Assembly: GCA_951804945.1 (NCBI GenBank)
Contig: OX638155.1
Coordinates: 33,294,001 to 33,358,000, forward strand
Source of the DNA: Podarcis cretensis
Lineage: Eukaryota
Length of the DNA: 64,000 bases
Reading direction: 5' to 3'
Shown here: one piece after another, positions 24,097 to 36,606 of the stretch
Position numbering within the stretch: position 1 is the first letter of the stretch
How the letters are laid out: every line of letters begins with the position of its first letter
Position numbers and translations under genes: made by a program
Notes under the pieces: generated by a model
Database searches by the model: none
Told to the model about the DNA's origin: nothing
The model's input: the letters and a program-made list of their open reading frames with translations, nothing else

Positions 24097-27000
24097 CTAC
24101 TGGGTGTGTGGAGGATGTATCTCCCAGTCCCTTCCACTCATCACACTCAGTCTCTGCACATTGGAAATTCTGTTTGCGCATGATCCTAAGCTTGTACACT
24201 CCAAATAGGTGTCTTTTATTACTTCAAGGATGGGGATAATGTATATGGAGCCTATGTATGTTGTGGTGAATGCATGTAGGCCCTTGGAACTCAAGTGTCC
24301 CAAAATAAGTTGAAGTCTTCTCTTTTTCTTTCCTTCTCCTTTTTGTTTTTGTGTAAAGGCAATTTGTAGATGGAGTGGGGGGGAGGGAATTAAAGAGCAG
24401 TTTATGCAAAGGTCAAGCAGGAATGTGCCACTCACCACATCTATTAATTTAGTTTTAAATTCTCAGCAAATGTTTGGCAGTCCCATGATCTCTTTATATA
24501 GCAGCCCGGAACGAGACTTGGTGTCTCTCTTGTTTTTAAGAGATAAACGTCTAGTATGCTTGTGTTTTGGGGTTTGTGTGTGAGTCATGTGTGTTTATAT
24601 ACTCATTTTAAAGCCTTAGTTACCTTGGAGCAAGGTAACTTGTTGCTCAACAACTTGAGTTCCTATTAGGCTGAAAGTACAGCTGGGAGTATGTTTACAA
24701 AAGAGGTTGCTTAGTCATCTGCTTTTCCCAGCTTCTGCCAATCTGTTTTTCTTTTTACTTTGATAAACTATCCTCATTTGTTGGCGTACTTTCTGCAAAC
24801 TAGATTGTGCTTGATTCACTGTACTATTTCCCATGGTTTGAGGGTAAATAACCGTTCCTCTCCCTGATACTTTTATTGATTTATCTTAAGTCCAAACCAT
24901 GGCAAAAGAGAGAAAAGAACCAGCATTAGGAAAATAGAAAAACAGATGCAGGTTTACACTAGATATAAATAAGTTTCAATCAGAAGTGTGAATTCCATAT
25001 TCACTATAGGTTTAATAAACCAGGACTCATTGAATTGGATGAACATGTTTAAAATCACATGATTCTATTGTACAATTCTTTGTCAATTGTGCCCGAGCAC
25101 TATTTATATTTTCAACTAGACGTTTGACAACAAGATGACACGTGAACTTCTTATGGCCCTATGTGACTATAGAAATAGCTATTGACAAAACAAGTTATCA
25201 AAATAAATATGGAGAACATTGCGGTGTGGGTTAACTATTTTCTAAAGTGAAGGAATGGAGGTTAGTGTGTTTGAATAGTAAAGAGAAAATATTAATATCC
25301 ACCTTTTCTACTTAGTGTCCTAATCAGTCATGTCATATAAAGAAAAGTGCAGAGGTCACAAGAAAGGTTCGATGTTTTTAGATAATTGATTTCAGTAGGC
25401 CTAACAATTAAGGTTGGTTAAACTTGTATCGGGCTGCAGTCCAGAATGGTCCTTTACTCTTCCTTGAAGAATTCACAGTGTGATATGAGACTGGGAACTG
25501 AGGCTTGGGAGTATTGTACTCTCAGAAAGGCAGCTGCAGTAATGGTACCTTGACTGGTTCCACCACCTGCAGAAGAAGGCAGGCTGGTGCTGTGGCTCTT
25601 GCATGGAAAGGCTGTTTGGTGTCAAGTGGCCTACGTTTTGGAGATAAATTTTTGTGAGAATGCATAGTTGGCAGAGTAAATGTACAAATTTAAAATGCTT
25701 TGAACTATTTTACTTTTTAAATTGTTACACCGTGCTGCTGAATATAATTATTGGTTATATCCTATTATTTTAGAATCATACCATGAACAGCTTATGATAC
25801 ACATAAAGTACAATGCAAAACAAAACAATCATTTAAAATAAGCTGCTAAGAACATACATATTATTTGTATATAATTAAGGCTAAATCTCAGAATTGAGGC
25901 AGTAGCAGAATTAAACACTGAAAGCCTGCAAAAAAAGTTTAATTTTCAGTTCTGTTGAATCCTTTCAGAGAGGGCCTTCTGACACGGTACCATTAGAATA
26001 GTGTGCCAGTGCCATGCTGCTACCATTGAAAAGGCCCTCATCATGGCACCAAGAGCAAGGCCTACAAGACTGATCTCAAAGTCCAGGCATGTCTCTATGG
26101 GAGCAAGGTGTCCTTAAGATGACCTTGTCCCAACTCATTTAGGACTTTAAAAACATCACTTAAATCGAGTCCAGAAACAAACAGATTGTCAATAAAGTTG
26201 TGAGATTTGAGATGTACATTCTGATCTCTGAGCACTAGACCAAAGTATATTAGCTTTCGGTAGAGATCTCAATACAAACTTTCTTCACAGCTTGCAATAC
26301 TGAACCAAATAGCTGTGTTACTGTCTGAGCTACTTTACACAGCAATCACATTTGCAGCAGCTACCCTCATGTACACCCTGTAGCAAACACACAAAAGTGT
26401 GATTGACAGGCACAATTCTATAAATATCCATTGTATACATGTCAGGGACTTGCAGCAAATTAGAGCTCCTGAGCACATTGACACACAGTTTATGCATCTG
26501 CCATGGTGTGCGTAAAGTGTGAAACAGCCTTCATAATAATATACAATACAATTCCTGTTGGTTATGAATATATAGCTACTTCACTTTCCACTGGCAGTTG
26601 TAGAACAGTTAAGACAGTGGAAATACAAATATATATATGTGGAAATGGAAAACTTGCAAGCAAAGATTACATCAACAATATATGTGGAATGTGGCTTGCT
26701 TCAGTCATTACTATTATTTATGCATTTGTTGTATTTATATATGGCATTTTTTGGCAATGCTCCCAAGGCAGTTTACTAAAACAAATAAATGATATAAAAC
26801 GTAAAGTTGGCCCAAGGAAGGGACAGTCTGATCAGAGCAGGCCCTGCTGTTGTTTTTGCTTGCTTTGCTTGCTCTGTTCTTCCTTTTCTCAGGACAGATA
26901 GTGTCAGTTAGCTGCGGGGGGGGGGGGGGAAGGCTTGTTGACTTTACTTACCTCCAGCTGCCAGGTTTGTATGCCTTTAACAGCTGTGTGATTATAAGTG

Positions 27001-27170
27001 TATGCCCTCAATGGTGGGAATGATGTCACTTGCTGCATTTCTGCTTGTCGCCCTAGAACCTGTGCCCCTCTAACTGTTACTAGATCCCAACTCCTGGAAA
27101 TCTCAGTCAGCATGGTCAATGGTCAGCCGTGATGGGAGCTTTAGTTCAGCTTCAGAAAGGCCACAGGTAT

Positions 27171-27542
27171 TGTCAGGGAACTGGAGCCAGAGAAGGAGGA
27201 GAGAATGGGAACTTACCGAGAGAAGGGTCCTTTAATAAGCAGTTGTTCTTCCTCGGATGAGGAGGGTGACGAAGAGCTGTCAGGAGGTAGTGAATCTGAG
27301 AGGGGGGAGGTACTTCCGTGGACAAACCACCCTCGTCAGAGAGGAACGAGGGGGGCTGGGCTTAGAAGGTGGTTATGCTGGGGAAAATTGAAAGGAAAGG
27401 CAGTCGGGACAACCGACCTGCCATGAAAGTGTCGAACTTCTGAACTTGTTTGTACATAGCTTCAAAGGCGTAATAAATCCTGTAAATATGGCTGACTGCC
27501 CGGACTCTTATCTTCACTAGTACTCAAAACTCATTGCTGACA
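27171..27542 (+). mobile_element. Solo LTR (372 bp)
   Basis: Inverted termini TGTCAG...CTGACA; perfect 5-bp TSD ggtat (27166-27170 and 27543-27547); AATAAA near 27472. Confidence 0.85.
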
Positions 27543-27547
27543 GGTAT

Positions 27548-27704
27548 ATAGAATCATAGAATTGTAGAGTTGGAAGGGACCACAAGGGTCTTCTATTCCA
27601 ACCGCCCGCAATGCAGGGATCTTTTGCCCAACTTGGAGCTTGAACCCACAACCCTGAGATCTCTACCTCTCTACGACTCCCATGCTCTACCAACTGAGCT
27701 ATCT
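27548..27704 (-). mobile_element. tRNA-derived SINE with CR1-type tail
   Basis: On the minus strand: gatagctcagttggtagagc A box, gggttcaagc B box, and tail cccttccaactctacaattctatgattcta. Confidence 0.8.
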
Positions 27705-27813
27705 CTCTGAGCATTCCTGTGTAAAAGGCACAATATCCATCTCAAGAGGAAAAGTTGGTGTTTGGGTACAAGCTCACAGAAGTTTCAGCTACTGAAAAAT
27801 TTGGGCAATATCA

Positions 27814-28070
27814 AGAAGAAGAAGAAGAGTTTGGATTTGATATCCCGCCTTTCACTCCCTTTTTTAAGGAGTCTCAAAGCGGCTAACATTCTCCTTTCCC
27901 TTCCTCCCCCACAACAAACACTCTGTGAGGTGAGTGGGGCTGAGAGACTTCAAAGAAGTGTGACTAGCCCAAGGTCACCCAGCAGCTGCATGTGGAGGAG
28001 CGGAGACGCGAACCCGGTTCCCCAGGATTACGAGACTACCGCTCTTAACCACTACACCACACTGGCTCTC
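27814..28070 (-). mobile_element. tRNA-derived CORE-type SINE (Squam3-like), copy 1
   Basis: Minus-strand head gagagccagtgtggtgtagtggttaagagc, B box ccgggttcgcgtctcc, gggtgaccttgggctagtcac core, (CTT)n tail; candidate TSD tatca. Confidence 0.85.
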
Positions 28071-28987
28071 TCCACACTGGCTCTCTCTCTATCACATACA
28101 CTTTTACCCCATCTACCTTTATCACAGGTTTTCATTTAGCTCACATCTGTTTTCTTCCTTGTTAATTTTCACAAATTTATTCTTGAAACTTGGGAACATT
28201 TTGTGATGGTTGTGCCTGCTTGTACTTCATTGAACTGGTTTTTATGCTCCAATGTGTACTTTTCTTAATTTATTGTCTAATGCCTTATAAAAAGCCTTGT
28301 CATATCTATATTGCCAGGAAGCCACTGCTTCAGAAAGAGAGGAAATGGATTTATCTTGCACAGTTGCAATTGCTTAAGACTGACTCATGAGCTAAACACC
28401 AGATTATAAGAGTATCTATTCTTTTTCAAAGAGTGTATGTAAACCATTATTTTTATAATACCTGGTTGCAGGTGACCTGGAATAGTTCCAGGCTTGAGTT
28501 ATTTAAAAGAGGAAGGCAAGATTGGGCCAAGGTACATCAAGACAATCAGACTTGTTTTTTGTAACTGAGATATGAAAATGGGGCAGGACAGATGCAAACA
28601 CAACATTTCAAATGTAAGAAAGATGAAAGGTTGATCATTTAGGCCAGGGGTACCCAAACTTTAGGCCAGGGGTACCCAAACTTTTTTCAAAGAGGGCCGG
28701 ATTTGATGAAATGAAACGGACTTTGGACATTCCTGATTTAGGCTGATCTGATAAGTAAGTGAAGGTTTCATTTCCCTTTCCCAAAATACTTTCTTTAGTT
28801 ATTGGTAATAACTTTATCACACTCTTCCTCTATCCAGCAATGTTCAGGACCAAAGTTGTCATTTACAGGACTTTTAAAAAATTAAGGAAAGGACATAAAT
28901 ATCAACTACATACAAGAATACAGAAAGATTGAATTAAATTGAATATACACACAAATTTGGGTTATGTTCACAATCCCTAAAAAGAAT

Positions 28988-29235
28988 AAGAAGAAGAGTT
29001 TGGATTTGATATCCCGCCTTTCACTCCCTTTAAGGAGTCTCAAAGCGGCTAACATTCTCCTTTCCCTTCCTCCCCCACAACAAACACTCTGTGAGGTGAG
29101 TGGGGCTGAGAGACTTCAGAGAAGTGTGACTAGCCCAAGGTCACCCAGCAGCTGCATGTGGAGGAGCAGAGACGCGAACCTGGTTCCCCAGATTACGAGA
29201 CTACCGTTCTTAACCACTACACCACACTGGCTCTC
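28988..29235 (-). mobile_element. tRNA-derived CORE-type SINE (Squam3-like), copy 2
   Basis: Near-identical to 27814-28070, same orientation. Confidence 0.85.
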
Positions 29236-29712
29236 ACAATAATTATTGTTATTGGCAGTGGGAGTAGTAACATTCCTTCCCCCCACATTTTAATTATTTT
29301 ATTGCATATAACAATGCAAGTGTTTGAGAGATAAAGAAACACACCTGTTCAACATCAGATGATCCACAACTTAAGGGGCGAGGAAAAAATGATGCAGGGT
29401 AGAAATAGATAGATACAATATTAGAAATAATAAGATCATGATTCCATGAAAGCACAATGGAGCGGTCAGTAATAAGTCTTGGAATACCATCAAATCCAAA
29501 TAAAATCACAGTTTGCAGGAACCTGTGAGCCATAAATTTGTCCTTTGACATAAGTCACGAAGGACCACTATGTAGTTCCATAGTCCATAGGTTTGGCTTT
29601 ACCCCTAGAAACTTGTAAAGGCAGGGGGGAAGGTAGCTTACCTGTAACGGTGGTTCTTCAAGTGGTCATCCATGAAGTCACAAAAACTCACCTTCCCCAA
29701 TACTGTCAACCA

Positions 29713-29930
29713 TTTATTTATTTATACATACATACATACATACATACATACCCCATCCATCTAGGTGGCTCCCAACACAATATTAAAAACATGATAAAAG
29801 ATCAAACATTAAAGACTTCCCTAAACAGGGCTGCCTTCAGATGTCTTCTAAAAGTCAGATAGTTGTTTATTTCCTTGACATCTGATGGGAGGACGTTCCA
29901 CAAGGTGGGTGCCACTACCCAGAAGACCCT
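29713..29930 (-). mobile_element. L2 LINE 3' end
   Basis: Reverse complement of the 3' part of the L2 at 43156-43582 (cttccctaaacagggctgccttcagatgtcttct), with a (TTTA)/(TACA) tail. Confidence 0.75.
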
Positions 29931-32900
29931 TTTAAAATCATCTATCATCTATAGAAGTTCTGGTCATTCCTCGGCACATTTTCCACAGAGCAATTGATTT
30001 TTCCCAATCTGTGGAATTTTTGCAATAGGGCCCTACCTCACAGAGTGCTTATAATTATAAATTAGAAATATAGTTAGCTACTTCTGAACTTTCAAGAGAG
30101 CAATGGACTTCAGATATTAAACCTTTTTATTAGCTTTAAGCATAATTTGGGGCAGCTAGATGTGTTACTGTAGCTGTGCATTTTCCTCTCAAAAGGAGAA
30201 CATTTATTTAATAGAAGCAAAATTCTTCCCATAAAAGCCTGTTTATTGAATCCACGTCAGTAGCATTCTCCTGCTAAGCTGGCTTCAGATTTTTATGGCA
30301 GTTACTGGTTGCTAGTAATTTAGATCATCTTTTGAGAAAACAAGGTGCTGGCAACATTAGTAGCATTGGAACATGCTTTGAGTACCAGCTCCTGGTACAA
30401 TTTCATACTATTTGAGAACCTAGTGCAAATTGTAGCAGAAATGTGAAGAGAAAAATCTTGCCTAAGTGTCACTGTAGGAAGCTTATTTTCAAAGACATGG
30501 TGTTGCATTTTTTGATGGCTTACGGTGTTTTTGCTATTATTCTACACAATTCAGAAGCTGTGTTCCCACAGAGACTACTGACATACTTTCTTTTCTTTTT
30601 TGAAGCAAGTCTGATAGCTATCTCTGTCTGTCTAAATTAAGCTTGCTAGCATGCCCCACTCACATAGAACTCTTAACCCCTTTCTTCCGGATGTTTTGAC
30701 CAGTACTAAAACAATACCTTTTATCCAAAGAACCTGTTATATGTTTCAGAATTAACTGAAGCCTAATGTTTCCTGTGTGATTTAACCACTCTGAAAGACT
30801 ATGTCCCAAAAGCCATTGAGGAAGTGAAAACAATAGCTCTTATCATAGGCAGCAGCCCACTTTTCAGCTGAGTTTTCTATATGGCTGGTTTAGGGGTTGT
30901 TAATCTTAGAGGACTTCTTGGTTTGCTAAGTGCATTACTCACTCCACAGGAGTGTGGTGGGGATAGCCATTCTTGTTTTATAAATAACTGCTAAAACTAT
31001 TCCTCCATGTTATAATCCAGTTATGCTGAGCTGATGCAGATTGACTTTCTACAAAAATAGGTACAGTAAGGACTGTAAGGGAATCCTATGATTTCCATCA
31101 TTCCAATAGATTGGAGGAAAAGGGGGCAGTAATGGAATTGAGCTGGAGAGAGTAATGTAAACAATATACTCCAGCTTTAGGTATAGCCACACCAGCATAT
31201 GACTTCTAGAAGTGCATTATTTCCTTACTTAATTTGTTACTTAACCTGCAAAAGCCATAATGTCTTGAACTTCCAAGTCAACTTTCTATAAAATAGTAGG
31301 ACACAAACAAAAGAGGAGGGGCATGGTTCTCAATCTACTCCACTGTTCTCTGCTGGTCCATAATGTAACGTAAGCTCCACCAGTGAAGTAACCAGCTACC
31401 AAGAGAACAGCTTACAACTTGCAGAAATTTCCTATCCAACAGGTTTGTTTACCGTAGCACATCGATGCATTGCCAGAACTGCAGCATTTTCTTGTTTTTG
31501 AAACCATTTCTTAACATCAAAATTCCTTTAGCTTTGGAATTAAAAATTTCAGTAATTAATGTTATGAATTCTTCTGTGGGTGATTTTTGTTTTTAAAAAA
31601 ATTGTTCCATCTTGTACATGCTGCCTGGTGCTTGTTCAAGTACTATCAGAAAAGTATTAGGCATTATTTTAAGGAGGAGTAAACAAGACAGTAAAGGTAC
31701 CTGGGAGAGTAAGAGAACTGTCCTTTCCCAGATCGCTACCGATGGAAAACCTTTTATAACTAAAGAACCTTCTGCTCTGTGTAAATATTGAGAGTGGGGG
31801 CAGATACTTTATGGTGTGTTCAGTGGGTATTGCCATAGCAGTAAAATAATTAAAAGTGCTTTTTAACCTAGGCTGGGTTTTGTCTCTGTGTCTCCCTGCC
31901 CACCCCGCATGTAGATTGTGCAGACTCCCTTAGTGCACTTTCATAAGCATGATGATTGAATTTGAAAATGATAATGGATTTAAACCTTGATAATTTATAC
32001 ACAGCAATTCTAAGCACTTATGCCAACATATCTGCCTGTTGACATTACCTAGCATGTTTTATTGCATAAGGCTGTCATGCCTTGTCCTAAGCTCTTGGGT
32101 CCTGGCACAGCCTTAATTAGACCTGGGCTATTGCAGTAAATCTCCGAAGTCACAAAAAATTAATTTGGAGAGTCTAAATAGCCTCAGATTTGTTCTTATT
32201 TAAAAGAATGCTATATTTTCATGGGTTGCTCCACTCTGGAACCAGCTGCTGATGTCTTAGAATAAGGTCAAGTGTCTTCATCATAAATGTCACTTAGAGC
32301 TTTTAAGGAATGTTTGGTGCTTTTATGAATTGTAAAGCATCTTTTATATCACATTGTGTAGCTTGAGCCCTAAACAGAGTAATGCTTCTAAGATACATAA
32401 TTCTCTTTAAATAAAATATATCATTCTTTTTCAGCCAGCTCTGTCTCTCTAAGATACGTTGTCATCACAACATCCAAGCTATCATAAAAATTTATTCTTT
32501 ACACACGGGACAGTGAACCAGAGGTACAAATTTGTATGCTAATGAGTTGGGGCTTTAGTCCCTCTGGTCAATGTCCAGTCCTCTGTGCTATGCTGCTTCA
32601 CAGTTGTACTACTTGTCAATAATAATTTTGAGCCACAAAATAGAAATTTCATCAGCCGTTTGTTTTAGGCAGCCAAAGCAGTCCCTTTTGCCATATTTTT
32701 GCTTCTGAGTAACAGTTGCAGTTCCCAGATTGCTGTCTTGAGAGGATTGCTGATAGTATCACATCTGTGTGGTCTTTAGTTTTTCCCCATTGGTCTGAGC
32801 TGAAGTTTGCTTTTGAAATGTCAATTAGTCCATCTGTTCTGCATAAAGACAGCCTTCATCACCACCTTTCTTTTTTATATGTTTGCAATAAATGCCTTCA

Positions 32901-34069
32901 TTCTCTTCCCCCATCAGCTTCTGAAGCAGGGACTCAGGCTCCTGAGAGACATTCGTGTATCCTGTCATCTTCCAAATCCTTGTATTTCTTTACTTACTTT
33001 AATTAGGTTTTGTTTTTCTTTGATCCACCTGCTTGCCATATTAAAACTTTACAAAATTATTAGATTTGTGCACTTAAGTAGTGTTAGAAACTGGGATAGA
33101 AAGCTATTCACCACATGAATCCTGGAACCTAGGTTACGGGCGCAAAAACAGGATGGCTAGTCGCTATTTTCCAAGTGCAGCAACACTTTCTATTTATTTT
33201 TCTGAAATGCATGAACTAATACACAATTCACATCAGTGAAACATTGTTAATATCACATTTTTAATTGGACACCACAAGCATAAATGGGACTCAGCCCCTG
33301 CAATTGTGGCTAAAATCATAGGTCATCTGAATATTTAATATTTGTATATACTGGTGTATGTGTGTGAAATAGATATGTAAAGTATTGTGCTAGATTTGAA
33401 CTTACCTGTTTGGGGTATGGAGGGGAGGCAAAGTGGAACATGGAAGGCAGCAATCAGTTAGATAGCATTTTGGGGAGGTGAAACAAGGCAAAACAGCACG
33501 GAAGGCAGCAGCTAACGATCTTACTTTGGAGTTGGGAGGGAGGCATTTCTCCTGCGCCTTTTTGTCAGCAGCAGCAATTTTAATCTTGAATCTCAGTTGC
33601 CATACGTGGCACCAAGACTTCTCAAATTGTCCCCAATCAAACAATTCCCATTCACAAAATGCGCCTGTCTCCTGCCTGATTTTGAGCACTGTTCTTAAGC
33701 TGATTCCTGATGGCAACTTACAAAAAAAAAAAACCAAAAAAAACAATTTGAAATACATAGATTCAGTCTTATACAATAATATCAACATATCATCCCTTGA
33801 TATTACAAAACTATGGTAAGAAAAAGCTTCCTGGTACTAAAAACAAAAAATGGCAACCTCAATAAGCCACAATAAAACTATCAGCAGCTTGTTAACATTA
33901 TATGTGAAATATATATTTTACTTACATGGTTCATGTGCATACACATGCACGAGGGACTAGTGTTTTTCTTATCCAAGTAGAACTGATATCCAGAGAACTA
34001 CCATGAGATGTTTCCTCGGCATAATCATTAATCTACTCTTCATAATGTTTGCCACCTCTGAACCTGCCA

Positions 34070-34230
34070 TGATGGAGTGCATGCTCTGTATACGAAAAGT
34101 TCCAGCTTCAATCTATGGCATCTCCAGCTAGGACTAGAAAAGACAAAAAAATTCTGAAACAGTGGAGAGCTGCTGCTAGTCAGCACTGAACTTGATAGGT
34201 CCATGATCTGACTATGCATAAGGCAGCCCT
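34070..34230 (+). mobile_element. Degenerate SINE-like repeat, family unassigned
   Basis: ggagagctgctgctagtca...ctgactatgcataaggcagc recurs at about 55180-55250; preceded by a degenerate tRNA-like head. Confidence 0.5.
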
Positions 34231-34536
34231 TCCTTTTTTCTTCCCGAGCTGCTCCTGATACTTACTGCCCTTCCTGTCTGAGGCAAAGGATAGCAAAGGC
34301 TAGAGATGTAGGAGAATGTGCCATTGAATGCTACAACTTGAAAGGTGAGAGCACAAAGCTTGCAATAAACTCTTGCCTTTTTACCCCAGGAAGCAGGCTG
34401 AGCTATGGTCACCTCAGTCCACCAGAGTCTTTGCATTAATCATTTTTGGGCTTAGTGAATGCTAAGAAGGAAAATATTGTAAAGATGAGTCCATGAGGAA
34501 GACAAGCCTAAGGATTGGTATTAGTGTTTAGTTTAG

Positions 34537-34883
34537 GTAAAGGTAAAGGGACCCCTGACCATTAGGTCCAGTCGTGACCAACTCTGGTGTTGTGGCGCTC
34601 ATCTCATGTTACTGGCCGAGGGAGCTGGCATACAGCTTCCGGGTCATTTGGCCAGCATGACAAAGCCACTTCTGGCGAACCAGAGCAGCACACGGAAACT
34701 CCGTTTACCTTCCCACCAGAGCGGTACCTATTTATTTACTTGCACTTTGACGTGCTTTCTGCTAGGTTGGCAGGAGCAAGGACCGAGCAACGGGAGCTCA
34801 CCCCGTCACGGGGATTCGAACCGCCGACCTTCTTATCGGCAATTCCTAGGCTCAGTGGTTTAACCCACTGCGCCACCCGCGTC
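34537..34883 (-). mobile_element. Full-length Sauria SINE
   Basis: gtaaaggtaaagggacccctgacc...gggattcgaaccgccgacc...cactgcgccacccgcgtc; 9-bp TSD ttagtttag (34528-34536 and 34884-34892). Confidence 0.92.
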
Positions 34884-36502
34884 TTAGTTTAGTTAGTGTC
34901 TGTGTTTAATAGGCGCTATACATAAATTGAAACAATAAGCCCTGACCCCAGGCTTATAATCTAAAAAATATGAGCCATTGCAGAAGGTGAGTGGAGGGAA
35001 TGGAAATCATCAGCTGGATAATGTCGGAACAAAACGTTAAAAGATACTTGCATCCAGTGGGAGCCAAATGCATCTTCTTTCGCTGGTGTTTCTTGGGCCC
35101 CAGTTAGAGCAGAGTTCTTTCCAGCAAAGAGAGATGAACTTGCTCCCTCAAGCTGTTCATTCTCAAGCTGATGACTTTAGCTAAGCTAGACTTCCCCTTG
35201 CTGTGACAGTCTACCTAGGAGGGAGAGGGTGCAATCTTCCAGAGACCCTTGATGGATGGCTTTTCTCTTTGAGTCAGCAGTGATGCATTAGTTGCACTGC
35301 TATATCAGGAACACAGCATTACTCTGGGGTGCTGTATATCGCATGACTTGTTTAAGCCTGCGGCAGTAAGTGAAGTATTAGGCCCCAGGCCCTGACACAA
35401 ATTCAGTTGTGTAATTGCATATTACTTCCAGTTGGATTAGAAATGAACCAATTTCTTATCTGTTGCGTACCATTGGTTTCTACAAGCAGAGATGGATAAA
35501 GTGGGCATCTAAATGCACTCTGAGGGCTGTAATTGGCTTATAAAATTTGAGCTCTTTGATTACCCTTCTCCAAAAAGCACTTTATCTTTTTTAATGTCTC
35601 TATGACTGTCTGTTTTCATTCTCTTCTCCAGATGAGAGCCATACTTTGGGGAAGTCTTTTTCCCTGTTCTGTCATAGTTGTTCTGATTTCCAACTGTGAG
35701 GCACATCACTTCAGATTCAGTTCAGTTTAAAAGTTGAAAGGAAAGTGGTGCTAGAAAATATGGTGCTGTGTAATCTTCGCTGTGTTGTGAATCAACCATT
35801 ATTTTACTTTCTGTTGTGGTTTTATGTATTTTTTTGTCTTAATTCCTGCAACTTCATAATCTTGTTCACACCTCGTATTTACCATTTCTAACTCCAGGTA
35901 CCTTTACCGAATTATCTTTTTAGCAGGTTTACTATCCCTACAAACATGAATGGACATTATTTTCCCTTCTTGATGTAGGTTTTCTGCTTCGTATAATATT
36001 TATGGAAGTTTATGGAACTGGAGTATAAAGAAAGAATTTAAATGAAAAAACTGCAAGAGAAGTATATCCTTTGCTATTCAGCTGTTGGCCTGAGTTAAAA
36101 CAAGAAGCTTACCAGCACTGAGCATCTTAACTTTTAATAGCCTTCTATTAACCAGACTAAAATCCATTCACTGGGGTGGGAAAAATGAAATTTTAGAATG
36201 GCTTACTGGGGAGATGGGTTCATTTTCAGTACAGTGAACATCAAGATCTGTTGTGAATTATTTTTGTGCTCATCTAGCAGACTTTTCATCTGTGCATTTT
36301 TAAAGGTTGTGCTCACCTAATTTTTCTCCAGATACTTCTTTTAGACTCTCTGTATTTCTTCAAGTACTTCTTTTAGACTTTACCACTGCCAGCAGAAGGC
36401 AATCTGGCAGTGGTGCTGAAGCTTAAACAACTGCATTTAACAATATGTTGTGGGGTTAGGGAGAACTGATTTATAAAGTAATGCTTTCTACTTCCTCCCT
36501 AG

Positions 36503-36606
36503 GTGTTTGAATGCATGTACCTACTGCAAAACTAAGCATGCCAGAGGAGATCTCGCAAGTTATCCTATTGAAGAACTGGTAAACAGAGCCAAACAGTCCT
36601 TTCAAG
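36503..36606 (+). CDS. CDKAL1: CDKAL1 internal coding exon (equivalent to human exon 9) carrying the radical-SAM CxxxCxxC motif
   Basis: Acceptor cttcctccctag| and donor caag|gtaagc; 104 nt, (G)[34 protein letters not shown]; CLNACTYC is the 4Fe-4S/SAM-binding motif. Confidence 0.97.

Noticed and set aside
27762-29242. Two similar ORFs (125 and 92 aa) suggesting a duplicated gene
   Set aside because: They are antisense read-throughs of two copies of the same SINE.
33398-33410. U1 snRNA 5' end (acttacctg)
   Set aside because: The match stops after 9 nt and the downstream sequence is not U1.
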